From assembly GCF_001194135.2 (NCBI RefSeq), contig NC_068992.1, positions 50,095,248 to 50,142,621 on the forward strand: a stretch of DNA of 47,374 nt, read 5' to 3'. The translations under genes were made by a program, and so were the position numbers. The notes beneath the pieces are model-generated. The model had not been told where the DNA came from. It ran no database searches and worked only from the letters and a program-made list of their open reading frames with translations. Source of the DNA: Octopus bimaculoides (taxonomy: Eukaryota). Below, piece after piece: positions 1-11,445 of this stretch. Numbering within the stretch: position 1 is the first letter of the stretch; every line of letters begins with the position of its first letter.

Positions 1-70
<70 letters not shown>
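1..70. repeat. (GT)n microsatellite
   Basis: Perfect GT dinucleotide run from the window start. Confidence 0.98.
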
Positions 71-72
<2 letters not shown>

Positions 73-409
73 TAAAGACAAAATAAATATGTAAAAGGAA
101 TCTAAAAGACATGCCGGTGATGAAGGAAGCAGTTTCAATTATTTCTGCTGAAAACTGTTACCTCAAAGAGAAGAAAATAAGGAACAAACTAAGGTTAAGG
201 AACTTGTTTTCTGTTGCTGTTCAATGTTTGTTTGGGACTATTCTTGTTGTTGTTGTTGTTTGTCTTTTGTTAATTACTATTGCTGATGTTGTTGCTATTG
301 TTGTCTTATGATTAAAGTTTTGTTAGGGCTGAATAGAAGCATTCTTGAATTAAGTTTCAGCTGTGTGCGTGGAGGTGGGGGAGAAATTTAGATGGGAAAG
401 ATAGACAAA

Positions 410-1010
410 TATATAGATAGATAAATAGATAGATAGATAGATAGATAGATAGAGAGAGAGAAAAAGAGAGAGAGAGAGACAACAGGGAGGAAAGTAGGAG
501 GGGGAGACAGACAGGCAAAAGAAATTTTAAAAAATTAAACACACCCAGGAAAAGAAAGAGAAGCAGGAAGATAGATTCTTGAATAAAGAGAGAGAGAGAG
601 AGATAGAGAGATACAAGGATGGAGGAAGAGAAAAAAATCAAAGTGGAAAGAAAAGGAAATGGAGAAAGAAAAAGAAACAGGGAGAAGAGATGTCAAAAAA
701 TATATATTATGNNNNNNNNNNGAGAGAGAGAGAGAAAGAGAGAGAGAGAGAAAGAGAGAGAGAGAGGAAGTGGGTATAGAATACCTGCCACTTACTTCTT
801 ATTTCTTGATTTATGCATGTGGGGGATGGTTGGAGAGGTGGGATGACTATAGAAGAATTTCTTGTGATGTATGTATTGGTGTCAGTTAAGATGAGGAAGA
901 AGAATAGAGAGGGAGAGAGAGAGAGAGCGGAGAGAGAGAGCGGAGAGAAAGAGAGCATGAGAGGGTAAGATAGAGAAGAATGAGAGAGAGAGAGAGAGGG
1001 GGGTGGAGGA
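410..1010. repeat. (GATA)n/(GA)n purine-rich microsatellite tract with a short N-gap
   Basis: Direct reading; it explains the low-complexity ORFs at 357-1021. Confidence 0.9.
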
Positions 1011-1489
1011 AGGTTAGTCATAGATGACAGAGAAGAGATTGACTCTAAAAGTCAAACTGTTGATATTTTGCAATTCATCATCATCATCATCTAACTTCAT
1101 GGCAGCCCATATTGGAGCTTGATTTTGCTAGTAATAGAAGACAAACTTCCCTCAAATCACATTTTTTGGGGGATTAGAATAAGAGACATAGGTAGAATGA
1201 ATCCTGAATTTCCTGCACATAAAAAAAAGACAAGATGGTCATGGGCAGAGTACCTTTGATTGAGAAAAGCTCGAGACAGGTAAATAATATCATTAGATTT
1301 AACACTCACTGATCCAGACCCCCTCCTGGAAAATAAGTACCATATGGAGGTTCATTTAACACTTTATAAGCCAGCAGATGGGAGTTCTTTGTAGTAAAAA
1401 CTGAATTCAAATCTGGTAAAGATGGCAGGATATGATTTGGAAGCCAGAGAGATTTGACTGCTATTTCTAGCAAGCCAAGCGATTGTCTT

Positions 1490-1790
1490 TTACCTGTTTC
1501 AGTCATTAGACTGCGGCCATGTTGAGGTGCTGCCTTGAAGGATTCAGCTGAAGAAATTGAGCCCAGTGCCCTGTTTTTCTTTTAAAAGTCTGATACTTAT
1601 TTTATCAGTCTCTTTTGCCAAACTGCTAAGTCACAGGGATGTAAACAAACCATCACCAGTTGACAAGTGGTGGTGGTGATGGTGGTGATACACACACATA
1701 CATAAAGAAATGTCTACCAAATCCACTCATATGGCTTTGGTCAGCCCAGTGCTATAATAGAAGGCATTTGGCCGAGGTGCTACACCTACA
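1490..1790 (-). mobile_element. Bipartite SINE B/C, degenerate copy
   Basis: cagtcattagactgcggccatg...tacttattttatcagtctcttttgcc...gatgtaaac, then a CA linker and caaatccactcatatggctttggtcagccc; it matches the other B/C copies in the window. Confidence 0.8.
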
Positions 1791-1830
1791 CCTATATATA
1801 TAACTATACATACATACATACATACATATT

Positions 1831-2308
1831 GTTTAACGTCCAGTGTCCATGTTGGAATGGGTTAGATGGTTTGTCCAGGGTTGGTTAGCTGAGGGGCTGC
1901 ACCAGATTCCAGTCTGATTTGGCATAGTTTCTATGGCTGGATGCCCTTCCTAACACCAACCACTCCAAGAGTGCAGTGGGTGCTTTTACGTGCCATTGGC
2001 ATAGGTGCCAGTTGTGTGACACCAATATTTGCCATGATTATGATTCCACTTGGCTTAATGGGTCTTCTTCTCAAGTATGGCATATTGCCAAAGGTCTCGG
2101 TCATTTGTCAATGCCTCTGTGAGGCCCAATGCTCAAAAGGTAATTTTTACATGCCACCGGCATCAGCCACATTACCTTTGTGAGGGCCAATACTTGAAAG
2201 GTGCTTTTTACCTGCCACTGGCACAGATACCAGTTGTGTGATACTAGCAATGGCCACAGCAACCATTTCACTTGCCTTGACAGGTCTTCTCAAGCACGGC
2301 ATATCGCT
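1831..2308 (-). mobile_element. RTE-clade LINE 3' end (ORF C-terminus remnants plus 3' UTR), internally duplicated
   Basis: The minus strand translates to LGLTEALTNDRDLWQYAILEKK and again to RYAVLEKTCQGK*. The 3' UTR/tail (ggcatccagcc...aacatggacactggacgttaaac) matches the tail of the RTE end at 37223-37830. Confidence 0.8.
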
Positions 2309-2334
2309 AAAGAGAATGAAAAAGTTTTGGCATA

Positions 2335-2475
2335 ATTTATTCACCATAATATGTGTTTCATTTGCTAATAAAAGTTACAAAATTGTACATGTGGGAGAAA
2401 CATGTAAGATATCTCCTACATGTACAATTTTGTAACTCCTATTATCAAATGAAACATGCGTAATGGTGAATAAAT
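2335..2475. repeat. Foldback inverted repeat (64-bp arms, 13-nt loop), MITE-like
   Basis: Arm 2335-2398 is nearly the reverse complement of 2412-2475; the core gttacaaaattgtacatgt is perfect. Confidence 0.9.
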
Positions 2476-2733
2476 AATATCAAAATGTTTTTCTGATCTC
2501 TTTTGATACGTAATCATTCCAAAAATTTTTTTCCAGAATTTTCTAACCCTTATGCATACTTCACACAAATATAACATATACCATTATTTAACATGACTAT
2601 GTAGAGAATTTTTTCAACAAGTGACTATGGTAAAGTTTGAACTGAGAAGGAAAGAGTAACAAACGACAAACTAACTACAAAGTATCCAGTTCAACAGATT
2701 CTCTACAATTTCCACTAAATTACTACCATAAAT

Positions 2734-2919
2734 GTGGAGGCGCAATGGCCCAGTGGTTAGGGCAGTGGACTCACGGTCATGATTCCCAGACCAGGCGTTG
2801 TGAGTGTTTATTGAGCGAAAACACCTAAAAAGCTCCACGAGGCTCCGGCAGGGGATGGTGGCGAACCCTGCTGTACTCTTTCACCACAACTTTCTCTCAC
2901 TCTTACTTACACACACACA
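2734..2919 (+). mobile_element. tRNA-derived SINE family D, short form ending in (AC)n
   Basis: Head gtggaggcgcaatggcccagtggttagggcag with A box TGGCCCAGTGG; the body is nearly identical to 9857 and 35304. Confidence 0.9.
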
Positions 2920-3185
2920 GCGACTACCATTAATAAAATCCTGAAATGTGAAAAGAAATAGGAGGAAGAGTAGGAGGAAATAAAGAAACAAGAAGGAGAC
3001 GATTGATGAAAATAGATGTTATAATGGTAACTGGTTTTGCTAAGTAAGAGGATAATAATATCTGTGTTAAACGAGGTCACAGAATATATTGATTTTGAGA
3101 TGGATAAATTGTTTCTTAAATGCTAAAAGCAATCAGCAGCTGATTTCTGAGAAAAGCTGATGGTGTCTATTAATTATTATTATTA

Positions 3186-3216
<31 letters not shown>

Positions 3217-3319
3217 TTTATTTAGTCAATGAAAGAAATCTGATGAACTGTTTAAGCAAGTTATTTGTCTTCTCACACAATAAAAATAATTGTCTTTTAT
3301 TTGAAGCCAATAATATCCT

Positions 3320-3510
3320 TTTTGGTTTTGGCACAGGGCCAGAAATTGGGAGGAGAAAAGGGAAGGTGATTATATTGATCTCACCTGATCAACTGGTACT
3401 TTATTTTATTGATATCTGAAAGGATGAAAAAACAAGGTTGACCTTGGCAGGATTTGAACTCAGAATATATAAAGAGTCCGAAGATATGCCACTGAGAATT
3501 TCGTCAGCCA
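3320..3510 (-). mobile_element. SINE family A, truncated by a gap
   Basis: ttttggcacagggcc...actggtactttattttattg...aaggatgaaa...gttgaccttggcaggatttgaactcag. Confidence 0.8.
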
Positions 3511-3867
3511 NNNNNNNNNNNNNNNNNNNNNNNNNNNNNNNNNNNNNNNNNNNNNNNNNNNNNNNNNNNNNNNNNNNNNNNNNNNNNNNNNNNNNNNNNN
3601 NNNNNNNNNNNNNNNNNNNNNNNNNNNNNNNNNNNNNNNNNNNNNNNNNNNNNNNNNNNNNNNNNNNNNNNNNNNNNNNNNNNNNNNNNNNNNNNNNNNN
3701 NNNNNNNNNNNNNNNNNNNNNNNNNNNNNNNNNNNNNNNNNNNNNNNNNNNNNNNNNNNNNNNNNNNNNNNNNNNNNNNNNNNNNNNNNNNNNNNNNNNN
3801 NNNNNNNNNNNNNNNNNNNNNNNNNNNNNNNNNNNNNNNNNNNNNNNNNNNNNNNNNNNNNNNNNNN

Positions 3868-3954
<87 letters not shown>

Positions 3955-4172
3955 CAACAACAAAAATAATGGTCCTTTCTATTGGAGGCACAAGGCCTCA
4001 AATTTGTGGGTAGGGGACTAGTCGATTACATTGGTCCCAGTGTTTCACTGGTACTTAATTTATCGATCACGAAAGGATGAAAGTCAAAGTCAACCTTGGC
4101 AGAATTTGAACTCAGAACGTAGCGCAAAGCATTTTGTCCAGTGTGCTAACAATTCTGCCAGCTCGCCACCTT
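3868..4172 (-). mobile_element. SINE family A with (TTA)n tail
   Basis: (AAT)n, then body ggtacttaatttatcgatcacgaaaggatgaaagtcaaagtcaacc, B box gagttcaaattc (reverse complement) and head ctgccagctcgccacctt. Confidence 0.88.
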
Positions 4173-4200
4173 AAAAATAATAATTTCTTTTGTCTCTAAA

Positions 4201-4680
4201 GTGGGTACGAAGCAAGAAATGTTTGAGTCAACAGCATTTACTGGCAGCTGTTGCAAGCATTTCCAAGGAATGGCTAAATATATCTTCAGATCAATAGACA
4301 CTGCGGTAGATGTGAAAAATAAAACAGTTCGCTATCCTACAAAATTTTTTAAAATTCATCAAAACTTCCAGGTCTACCACCACGCAAAGTTAAAAAAAAA
4401 AAAAAAATCACTCCTTCCTTCAATAACGCTACTGTGTGACTCAGATTGGTCACAGAAATGCAATGGCACAAGACTAATGGTTAAAAAGCTCAATACAACA
4501 AAGAAAGAATGCATTTATACCCAGAATTCCATGGCTACATCAATCAATAAATCTCAAGAGTAAATACTGACAGCAGCTGGATTACAACTTAAAGAATATC
4601 ATTTTGCTAATGCCCAATTTTAATGTCAGATACTCAAGAATTAGAAACCCTCATAATCTCTTTGTTTTGGGTTTTTACTC
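4201..4680 (+). pseudogene. Helitron RepHel PIF1-type helicase C-terminal fragment, decayed
   Basis: Translation gives FRSIDTAVD...YPTKF, KCNGTRLMVKKL, SINKSQE*ILTAAGLQL and YSRIRNPHNLFVL. These follow the order of the Helitron helicase motifs YKSIDT...YPTEFLN, LCNGTRL, SINKSQGQTL and SRV...NLFVL. Stops, frameshifts and an internal deletion are present. Confidence 0.85.
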
Positions 4681-4799
4681 ACCAACAGGCCATAAATATT
4701 ATTTATTCCAAACTGATGACATCAAAATGGTCAAAATTTCCAAGACTATGTCTGCTACAGATCTGATAAGCTGGGATTCATCACAACTTTCAACCAAAC

Positions 4800-4885
4800 T
4801 TTGACCAGCCTTGCCGAGACTTGTGCCTGGTGGTGGGGACTTTCTAGGTGCAATCCCATGTCATTTGTGAAAGAAGGGTATCTTT
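4800..4885 (+). mobile_element. 3' tail fragment of SINE family E
   Basis: ccttgccgagacttgtgcc...actttctaggtgcaatcccatg matches 21895-21970. Confidence 0.7.
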
Positions 4886-4964
4886 AACATTACTCTTTAC
4901 CACACACACACATACATACATACACAACATATACATACATACATATACATATATATATATATCT

Positions 4965-5110
4965 TTACTACAAGCTTCTTTCAGTTTCCATCTATCAAAT
5001 CCACTCATAAAGCTTTAATCGGTCTTGGGTTATAATAGAAGATGCATGCCCAAGGTGCCATGCAGTGAACATAAAACCACATGGTTGAGAAACTTGTTAA
5101 TTACAAGGCC
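4965..5110 (-). mobile_element. SINE family B (CORE-like head half)
   Basis: cttctttcagtttccatctatcaaatccactc...cccaaggtgccatgcagtg. Confidence 0.82.
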
Positions 5111-5119
5111 ATGCCTGCA

Positions 5120-5120
5120 C

Positions 5121-5162
<42 letters not shown>

Positions 5163-5430
5163 GTTTCAAATTTTTCCACAGGGGCAGCAATTTTGGGGGA
5201 GGGGGATGAGTTGATTACATTGAGCCCAGTGTGGAACTGGTACTTATTTTATCGACCCTGGAAAGATGAAAGCAAGGTTGACATCGGCGGAGTTTGAACT
5301 CCGAATGTAGTGACAGGAGAAATGCCGCTAAGCATTTTGTCTGGCATGCCAACGATTCTGCCAGCTTGTCGTCTTAACAACAACAACAACAATCCTTTCT
5401 ACGAGAGGCACAAGGCTTGAAATTCTAAAT
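5120..5430 (-). mobile_element. SINE family A plus the tail of a second copy
   Basis: (AAT)n tail, then ggtacttattttatcgaccctggaaagatgaaagcaaggttgac and head ctgccagcttgtcgtctt, followed by (AAC)n aatcctttctacgagaggcacaagg. Confidence 0.85.
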
Positions 5431-5529
5431 GCTATCCCTAAATCCGTCTAATGACAAGCTATGTCCCATGTGGCCCACTTCTTGGAAAAGGTTGGTCATG
5501 CCTGGAAGACACTAATCTAGTACAGACAT

Positions 5530-5620
5530 AGACGTGGTTAAGACAATTGCTTAGTATAATCATAAAGTTCCAGGCTTGATCCCACTGCATCTTGGCACCT
5601 TGGGCAAGTTTCTTCTCCCG
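5530..5620 (+). mobile_element. SINE family B head fragment
   Basis: gtggttaag...gcaccttgggcaagtttctt (CORE-like motif). Confidence 0.7.
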
Positions 5621-5624
5621 TAGT

Positions 5625-5965
5625 CTACTACTGCCAACACTTCTATTATCACCATCACTACCATATAACAGTTATCACTGCCATCACCACCACTACCACC
5701 ACAATTACTGCAGCCATCACCACTACCACCACCACCATTGTTACTGCAATCATCACCACTACTACCACCATCACCACCACCACCATCACTACTACTACCA
5801 CCACCATCATTGCTGCAATCATCACTACCACCAGTTACTGCAACCATCACCACTATTTCAGTCACTACTACCATCACAATGGTCACCACTGTCCTCACCA
5901 CTAATACTACTACCACCACCACCACAATTATTGTAACTGCCGTCACCACTAACACCACCATCAAA
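5625..5965. repeat. Cryptic (CAC/CAT/TAC)n trinucleotide tract
   Basis: Direct reading; it produces the His/Thr/Val-rich ORFs in several frames. Confidence 0.9.
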
Positions 5966-6386
5966 ACGCTATTCATTCCACCATCTTTACATTCACAAGA
6001 GAGACAGCTGAAAGAGGATCATTGGAAGCTCCCATCTCTTAGTCTACCTTTTTCTTTCTATCTTTCCTTTCCACTTTGGTCGCACACACCACCATTATCC
6101 TTCTCTCTTTCATTCAATTGCTACTAGAATGTTCTCTAATGTCAGAGCTGCCACCATTCTTTAGACACCTACAGATGGAGATGATGGCACTGTGGATACA
6201 GAATAATGCAAAGAATTTCAGATGGGCGATACATTTTCATCTTGACATGAAAGCATTTCCTAATTTAATTAATATATAATTTAAGATTTATCTAACAAGA
6301 ATGTATAAAGCTATACACACATATAATAATTGTGTGTGTAATGTATGCATCAGAGTGTGTGGATGTATTTATTGTGTATCTATGTA

Positions 6387-6455
<69 letters not shown>

Positions 6456-6649
6456 ATGGTACTGTAGGCTGCAAGTAGTAAGCCCACTATGCATGCAAGA
6501 CTCCAGGAGTTCCAACAAAACCTGAGTTATAATAATGATAATGATGATGATGATGATGATGATGATGATAATAATAATAATGATAGCCCTAGGTGTATGG
6601 AAAACATTCGGCAAGAAATGGAAGAAAATTTGAAGAAAGAAAAAAAACA

Positions 6650-6651
6650 AC

Positions 6652-6688
<37 letters not shown>

Positions 6689-7125
6689 GGATTTCAAGTT
6701 TTGGCACAAGGCAACAATTTCAGGGGAGGGGCCAAATTGATATCGACCCCAGTGATCAACTAGTACTTATTTTATTCACCCTGAAAGGAACAAAAGCAAC
6801 AGTTGACTTTGGCGGAATTTGAACTCAGAGCACGAAGACAAAACAAAATGATGCCAAACATTTTGCCTGGTATGCTAACGATTCTGCCAGCTCACCCCCT
6901 TAATAATAATCCTTTCTGATATAGGCACAAACCCTGAAACTTAGAGGATGGGGATAGTCAATTAAATCGACCCCAGTACTTGACTGGTACTCATTTTATT
7001 GACCCAAAAGGGATGAAAGGCAAAGTCGACCCTGGTGGTATTTGAACTCAGAACATGAAGACAGATGAAATGCCCCTAAGCATTTTTGCCTGGCATGCTA
7101 ACGACCCTGCCAGCTCACTGCCTTA
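6650..7125 (-). mobile_element. Two head-to-tail SINE family A copies
   Basis: Copies at about 6650-6900 and 6901-7125, each ending (on +) in ctgccagctcac..cctt. Confidence 0.88.
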
Positions 7126-7144
7126 TCATTGATAATAATAAAAA

Positions 7145-7290
7145 TCATCATCATCATTTAACGTCCATTGTCCATGCTGGCATGGGTTGGACAGTTTGAT
7201 CAGGGCGGGCAAGCTGGAAGGCTGCACCAGACACCAGCCTGATATAGTATGGTTTCTACAGCTGGATGCCCTTCCTAATGCCAACTACTC
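7145..7290 (-). mobile_element. RTE-type 3' tail fragment
   Basis: catcatcatttaacgtccattgtccatgctggcatgggttgg...ctggatgcccttcctaatgccaac. Confidence 0.82.
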
Positions 7291-8409
7291 AGCTATAAGA
7301 ACAAAATCATCATTATTATTATTGTTATTATTAACAATAATAATAACAATAATAATTTCTTTATCATCATTGTTTTACAGTTTGTGTCTATCTCCAATCT
7401 TCACAGGTTTTTTCATTAACCATCATCATTGTTAAATGTCATATTCTTGTCAGGGATGTGGTGGTCAGTTTTCTGACCCGATAGATACAGATGAATGGGT
7501 AAATGGACAGACTGATGGACTTATAGGCAGACAGACAAATGGACAGACAGACGGACAGAAAGACAGACAGAGGCAGACAAATAGATGGAGAGGATACAAA
7601 AAGTGCATAGTAAATGCTATGAAATGTTTGAGTGACAGGTTGCACTACCTCTCCCTACCCCCGCACTGCAACTGTCCCCCCCCCACCCGTCATCATTCTG
7701 AGAAGTTGTTTATAAACAGGATTAAGAGCAAACGACATTTTCATTGGTGGCAGTGGCAAAGAGTGGGGTTTAACTCAGGCAATTAATCCCATGGAATGAG
7801 GATTATGCATCAAAAGAAACACTGACACATATTTAGGAAGTGTAAGCACTCAAATACCACACACACACACATATTCAAACATACACACATGCTGAGTGCA
7901 CTTTGAATGCACGACACAGCTACTTATTTAAAAACTGTGACAAGTAAATGAATTCATACACACAAACACACACACACACACACACATATTTATAATTATA
8001 AATGTTTATGTGCAATGCAGACTATATACATATATATATATATACACACAACCATGAAAAAACTGTTATGACTCATGCATACTCACACAAACAAAGTGTT
8101 TCTTAAGTATTAATAAAATGACAAAATAAAATTTATCATACATGCATACAGAAAGTAATTTGGTTGGGTATCCATGCAGACATGCTCAAACACAAGCTAA
8201 TACATGTACATACACACACATGCATACACAAGAATTCTAATCTGAAAGTCTTCTTTTAAGAGTTCTCATACACGCTGACATATGTGTACAGTTCCAACCC
8301 ATGCTAGCATGGAAAGCGGATGTTAAACGATATATGCACATACACACAATTATGCTTATTATACACATGCATTATAATCAAAATAGCAGTAAAGGTTAAA
8401 ACTATATGT

Positions 8410-8601
8410 ATAGGTGCAGTCGTCACTGTGCAGTAGGAAGCTTGCTTCCCAATCTCATGGTTCCAGGTTCAGTCCCACTGCATAGCTCCTTGAATAAGTG
8501 CCTTCTGCTATAGCCTTGGGCTGAACAAAGCCTTATGAGAACATTTGGCGGATGGAAACTGAAAGAAGCTCATCGTATGTGTATATATATCTATATCTAT
8601 C

Positions 8602-8637
<36 letters not shown>

Positions 8638-8804
8638 GGCGCAGAAGTGGCTGTGTGGTAAGTAGCTTGCTTCCCAACCACATGGTTATGGGTTCATTCC
8701 CACTGCGTGGCACCTTGGGCAAGTGTCTTCTACTATAGACTCGGGCTGACCAAAGCCTTCTGAGTGGATTTGGTAGATGGAAACTGAAAGAAGCCTGTTG
8801 TATG

Positions 8805-8853
<49 letters not shown>

Positions 8854-9030
8854 ATATGTTTGTGTGTCTGTGTTAGTCCCCCCAACATCGCTTGACAACT
8901 GATGCTGGTGTGTTTACGTCCCCGTAACTTAGCAGTTTGGCAAAACAGACCGATAGAATAAGTACTAGGCTTACAAAGAATAAGTCCAGGGGTCGATTTC
9001 TTCGACTAAAAAACCCTTTAAAGGCAGTTC
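8410..9030 (+). mobile_element. SINE B half followed by a complete bipartite B/C SINE
   Basis: B at 8410-8580. B at 8637-8800 has head ggcgcagaagtggctgtgtggtaagtagc and CORE-like ggcaccttgggcaagtgtctt, followed by a (TA)n(GT)n linker and the C half ccccaacatcgcttgacaac...gatagaataagtactagg...ggggtcgattt. Confidence 0.9.
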
Positions 9031-9856
9031 TCCATCAGATTCATAGCTATTAGCAGTAAGTAGTTATTCTTTGTGGCACCTGTTTACAGACAGATAAACT
9101 GAACCACTAAAATCTGTCTCAATTATGTTGAATGCTGTCAAGTGCTACCCAATAGACATGAAACAGGGGCACATTGATTATAGAATAACAATGAGCTCGT
9201 TGACTAAACTAGCTCTGATTCTCATCCATAAAAACATAGCTACAACAACAGCAACATTTATTGACTTGGCCAACTCCGAGAGATTCCAGTATATGAAAAA
9301 TTTAGGAAAACAAAATAGAAATTGGTAAATAAAGTTGGTAAATAAAGCTGAAATTTTGTAGATTCTTCAAGAAATTCTCATCATTTTTACGACGCTGATA
9401 TGTGAGGCAGGCGAGGAACAGGAGGTGTAGAATTAGAATGAGAAGGAAAGGGGTAGGGTTGGAGGGATAAATAAAAGAAAATGAAACAATGTTTGCTTGA
9501 TTCTGTTGACATCAAATAGGTGCTTGCATGTGTTTGAATGTGTGCATGTGTATGTATGCACATGTATGTGTGTAACTTGTAGAGTAGTATTTGATGGGAT
9601 GGAAAGCATTGCTGGGCATATTTAGCTAGCTATTTTGGGTTCACTTTTTGACTTCTTCCCCATCAACCCTGACCCCAGTTGCAATTGCTGTTAAAGTTGT
9701 TGACTTTCACTTTCTTTATTGGCTGACAAAGGAACCCATATGTGGTCTGTCAACATGGTAGAAATAACAGCCAAATCCCTTTGAAATCATACGCTACCAT
9801 CTTTAAACCTTTATGTTCCAAACACCTGCTAAATAATCCTTCCTATAGACACAAGA

Positions 9857-10062
9857 GTGGAGGCACAATGGCCCAGTGGTTAGGGCAGTGAACTCGCGGT
9901 CACAGGATCGCGGTTTCGATTCCCAGACCGGGCGTTGTGAGTGTTTATTGAGCGAAAACACCTAAAAGCTCCACAAGGCTCCGGCAGGGGATGGTGGCGA
10001 ACCCTGCTGTACTCTTTCACCACAACTTTCTCTCACTCTTACTTACACACACACACACACAC
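9857..10062 (+). mobile_element. tRNA-derived SINE family D, short form ending in (AC)n
   Basis: A box tggcccagtgg and B box ggtttcgattcc; it stops at ctcactcttactt, exactly as the 2734 copy does. Confidence 0.92.
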
Positions 10063-10519
10063 ATGGCTTCTTCCATCTACATTTACAAAGAATTGGTCAA
10101 CTGGCAGTGATAGGAGAGTAAAACAACTGACAGTATCCATGCAATGGGATTGAAACCCCAACCACATTATTCTGAAGCGATCTTAACTACACAACCACCT
10201 GTGTCTAGATCACAAATTTATTATTTGGATAGTGGACAAAAGAACTGACAAAACATCAGAAGAAAGAAAACTATGCCTCATCATGTTTTGTTGAGTCCAT
10301 TTATGTTTTGAATTCAGACCACACCAAAACTTACTTTGCCTTTCATCATTTCAGGGTTGATAAAACATTGAACAGTCAAGTTATTTGAAGTCAATGAAGT
10401 AAATCAACAACACCCAGTGCTGTAAATCCATGCCAGTCAGCCATTGTTAGCTGTCGTCGTTGTCATCGTCATCAACACCACCTGGCAGAAGTTTCGAGAG
10501 AGTCAACACAAAATACCTT

Positions 10520-11445
10520 GTGGTAGGCAGCTTTTTTACTTTCTGAATGAAAATCTTGCCAAGGTCAGCTCTGCTGATTCATCTTCCCAGGGTCAATAAA
10601 ATCATGTCCCAACCAAGGACTGGAGTTGATGGAATTGACAAACCCCGTCTCCTCAAAACTGCTGACCTTGTGTCTAAATTAGAAACAATTATTATTGATT
10701 ATGTGGCGGATCAATAAAATTGCTTGAGCAGTGGATAAAACACCTTGTCATGTTTAATTGTGGTGCTTAACATTTTCGGTTCAAACTCTGCTAATGTCCA
10801 CTGTGCCCTCCATCCTTCTGAGGATAAAAATCAGTCAAGTACTGATACTTTTATCCCCAGAAGGATGGGGGATAAAGTGGTGATCAAGTACTGGGATTGA
10901 TATGATCACCACTTGTTCACTTCTAGTCAAGTACTGGGGTTGATATGATCACTTGTTCTCCTCCTCCAAAATTTCTGGCCTTGTGATTGGCAGAATCATT
11001 TGAAGGTCAGACAAAATGCCTGGCTGTATTTGTTTAACTTGCTACATTCTGAGTTCAAATCCTGTTGAGGTTAACATTGCCTTTCATCTTTTCAAGATCA
11101 ATAAAATGAATTACCAGTCAAGTACTGTAGTCAATATAATGGATTATTCCTCCTCACACTAAATGTTTTTGCATTGTGCCAATATTAGGAATTATTATTA
11201 TTGTTATTATTATTATTATTAAGGTGGTGAGCTGGCAGAATCATTAGCACACCAGGCAAAATGCTTAGCGGCATTTCGTCTGTGTTTACGCTCTGAGTTC
11301 AAATTCCACTGACACCAACTTTGCCTTTCATCCTTTCAGGATTAATAACTTAAGTACCAGTTGAGTATTGGGTTGATGTAATCAACTCTCCTCCTTCCCC
11401 AAAATATCAGGCCTTGTGCCTTTAGTAGAAAGGATAATTGTCATT
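10520..11445 (+). mobile_element. Train of about four SINE family A copies or fragments
   Basis: Repeated gcctttcatc...gataaaa...agtcaagtactggggttgat...ggccttgtg units; the best copy is 11221-11445 (aaggtggtgagctggcagaatc). Confidence 0.8.

Noticed and set aside
6130-6260. Possible exon or LINE remnant (RIMQRISDGRYIF)
   Set aside because: The open frames lack a donor site, and the similarity to RTE C-termini is too weak to call.
10830-10960. Regularly spaced repeats (agtcaagtactgg...gatatgatcac) resembling a CRISPR array
   Set aside because: The context is eukaryotic, and the units are duplicated parts of the SINE A domain without unique spacers or cas genes.
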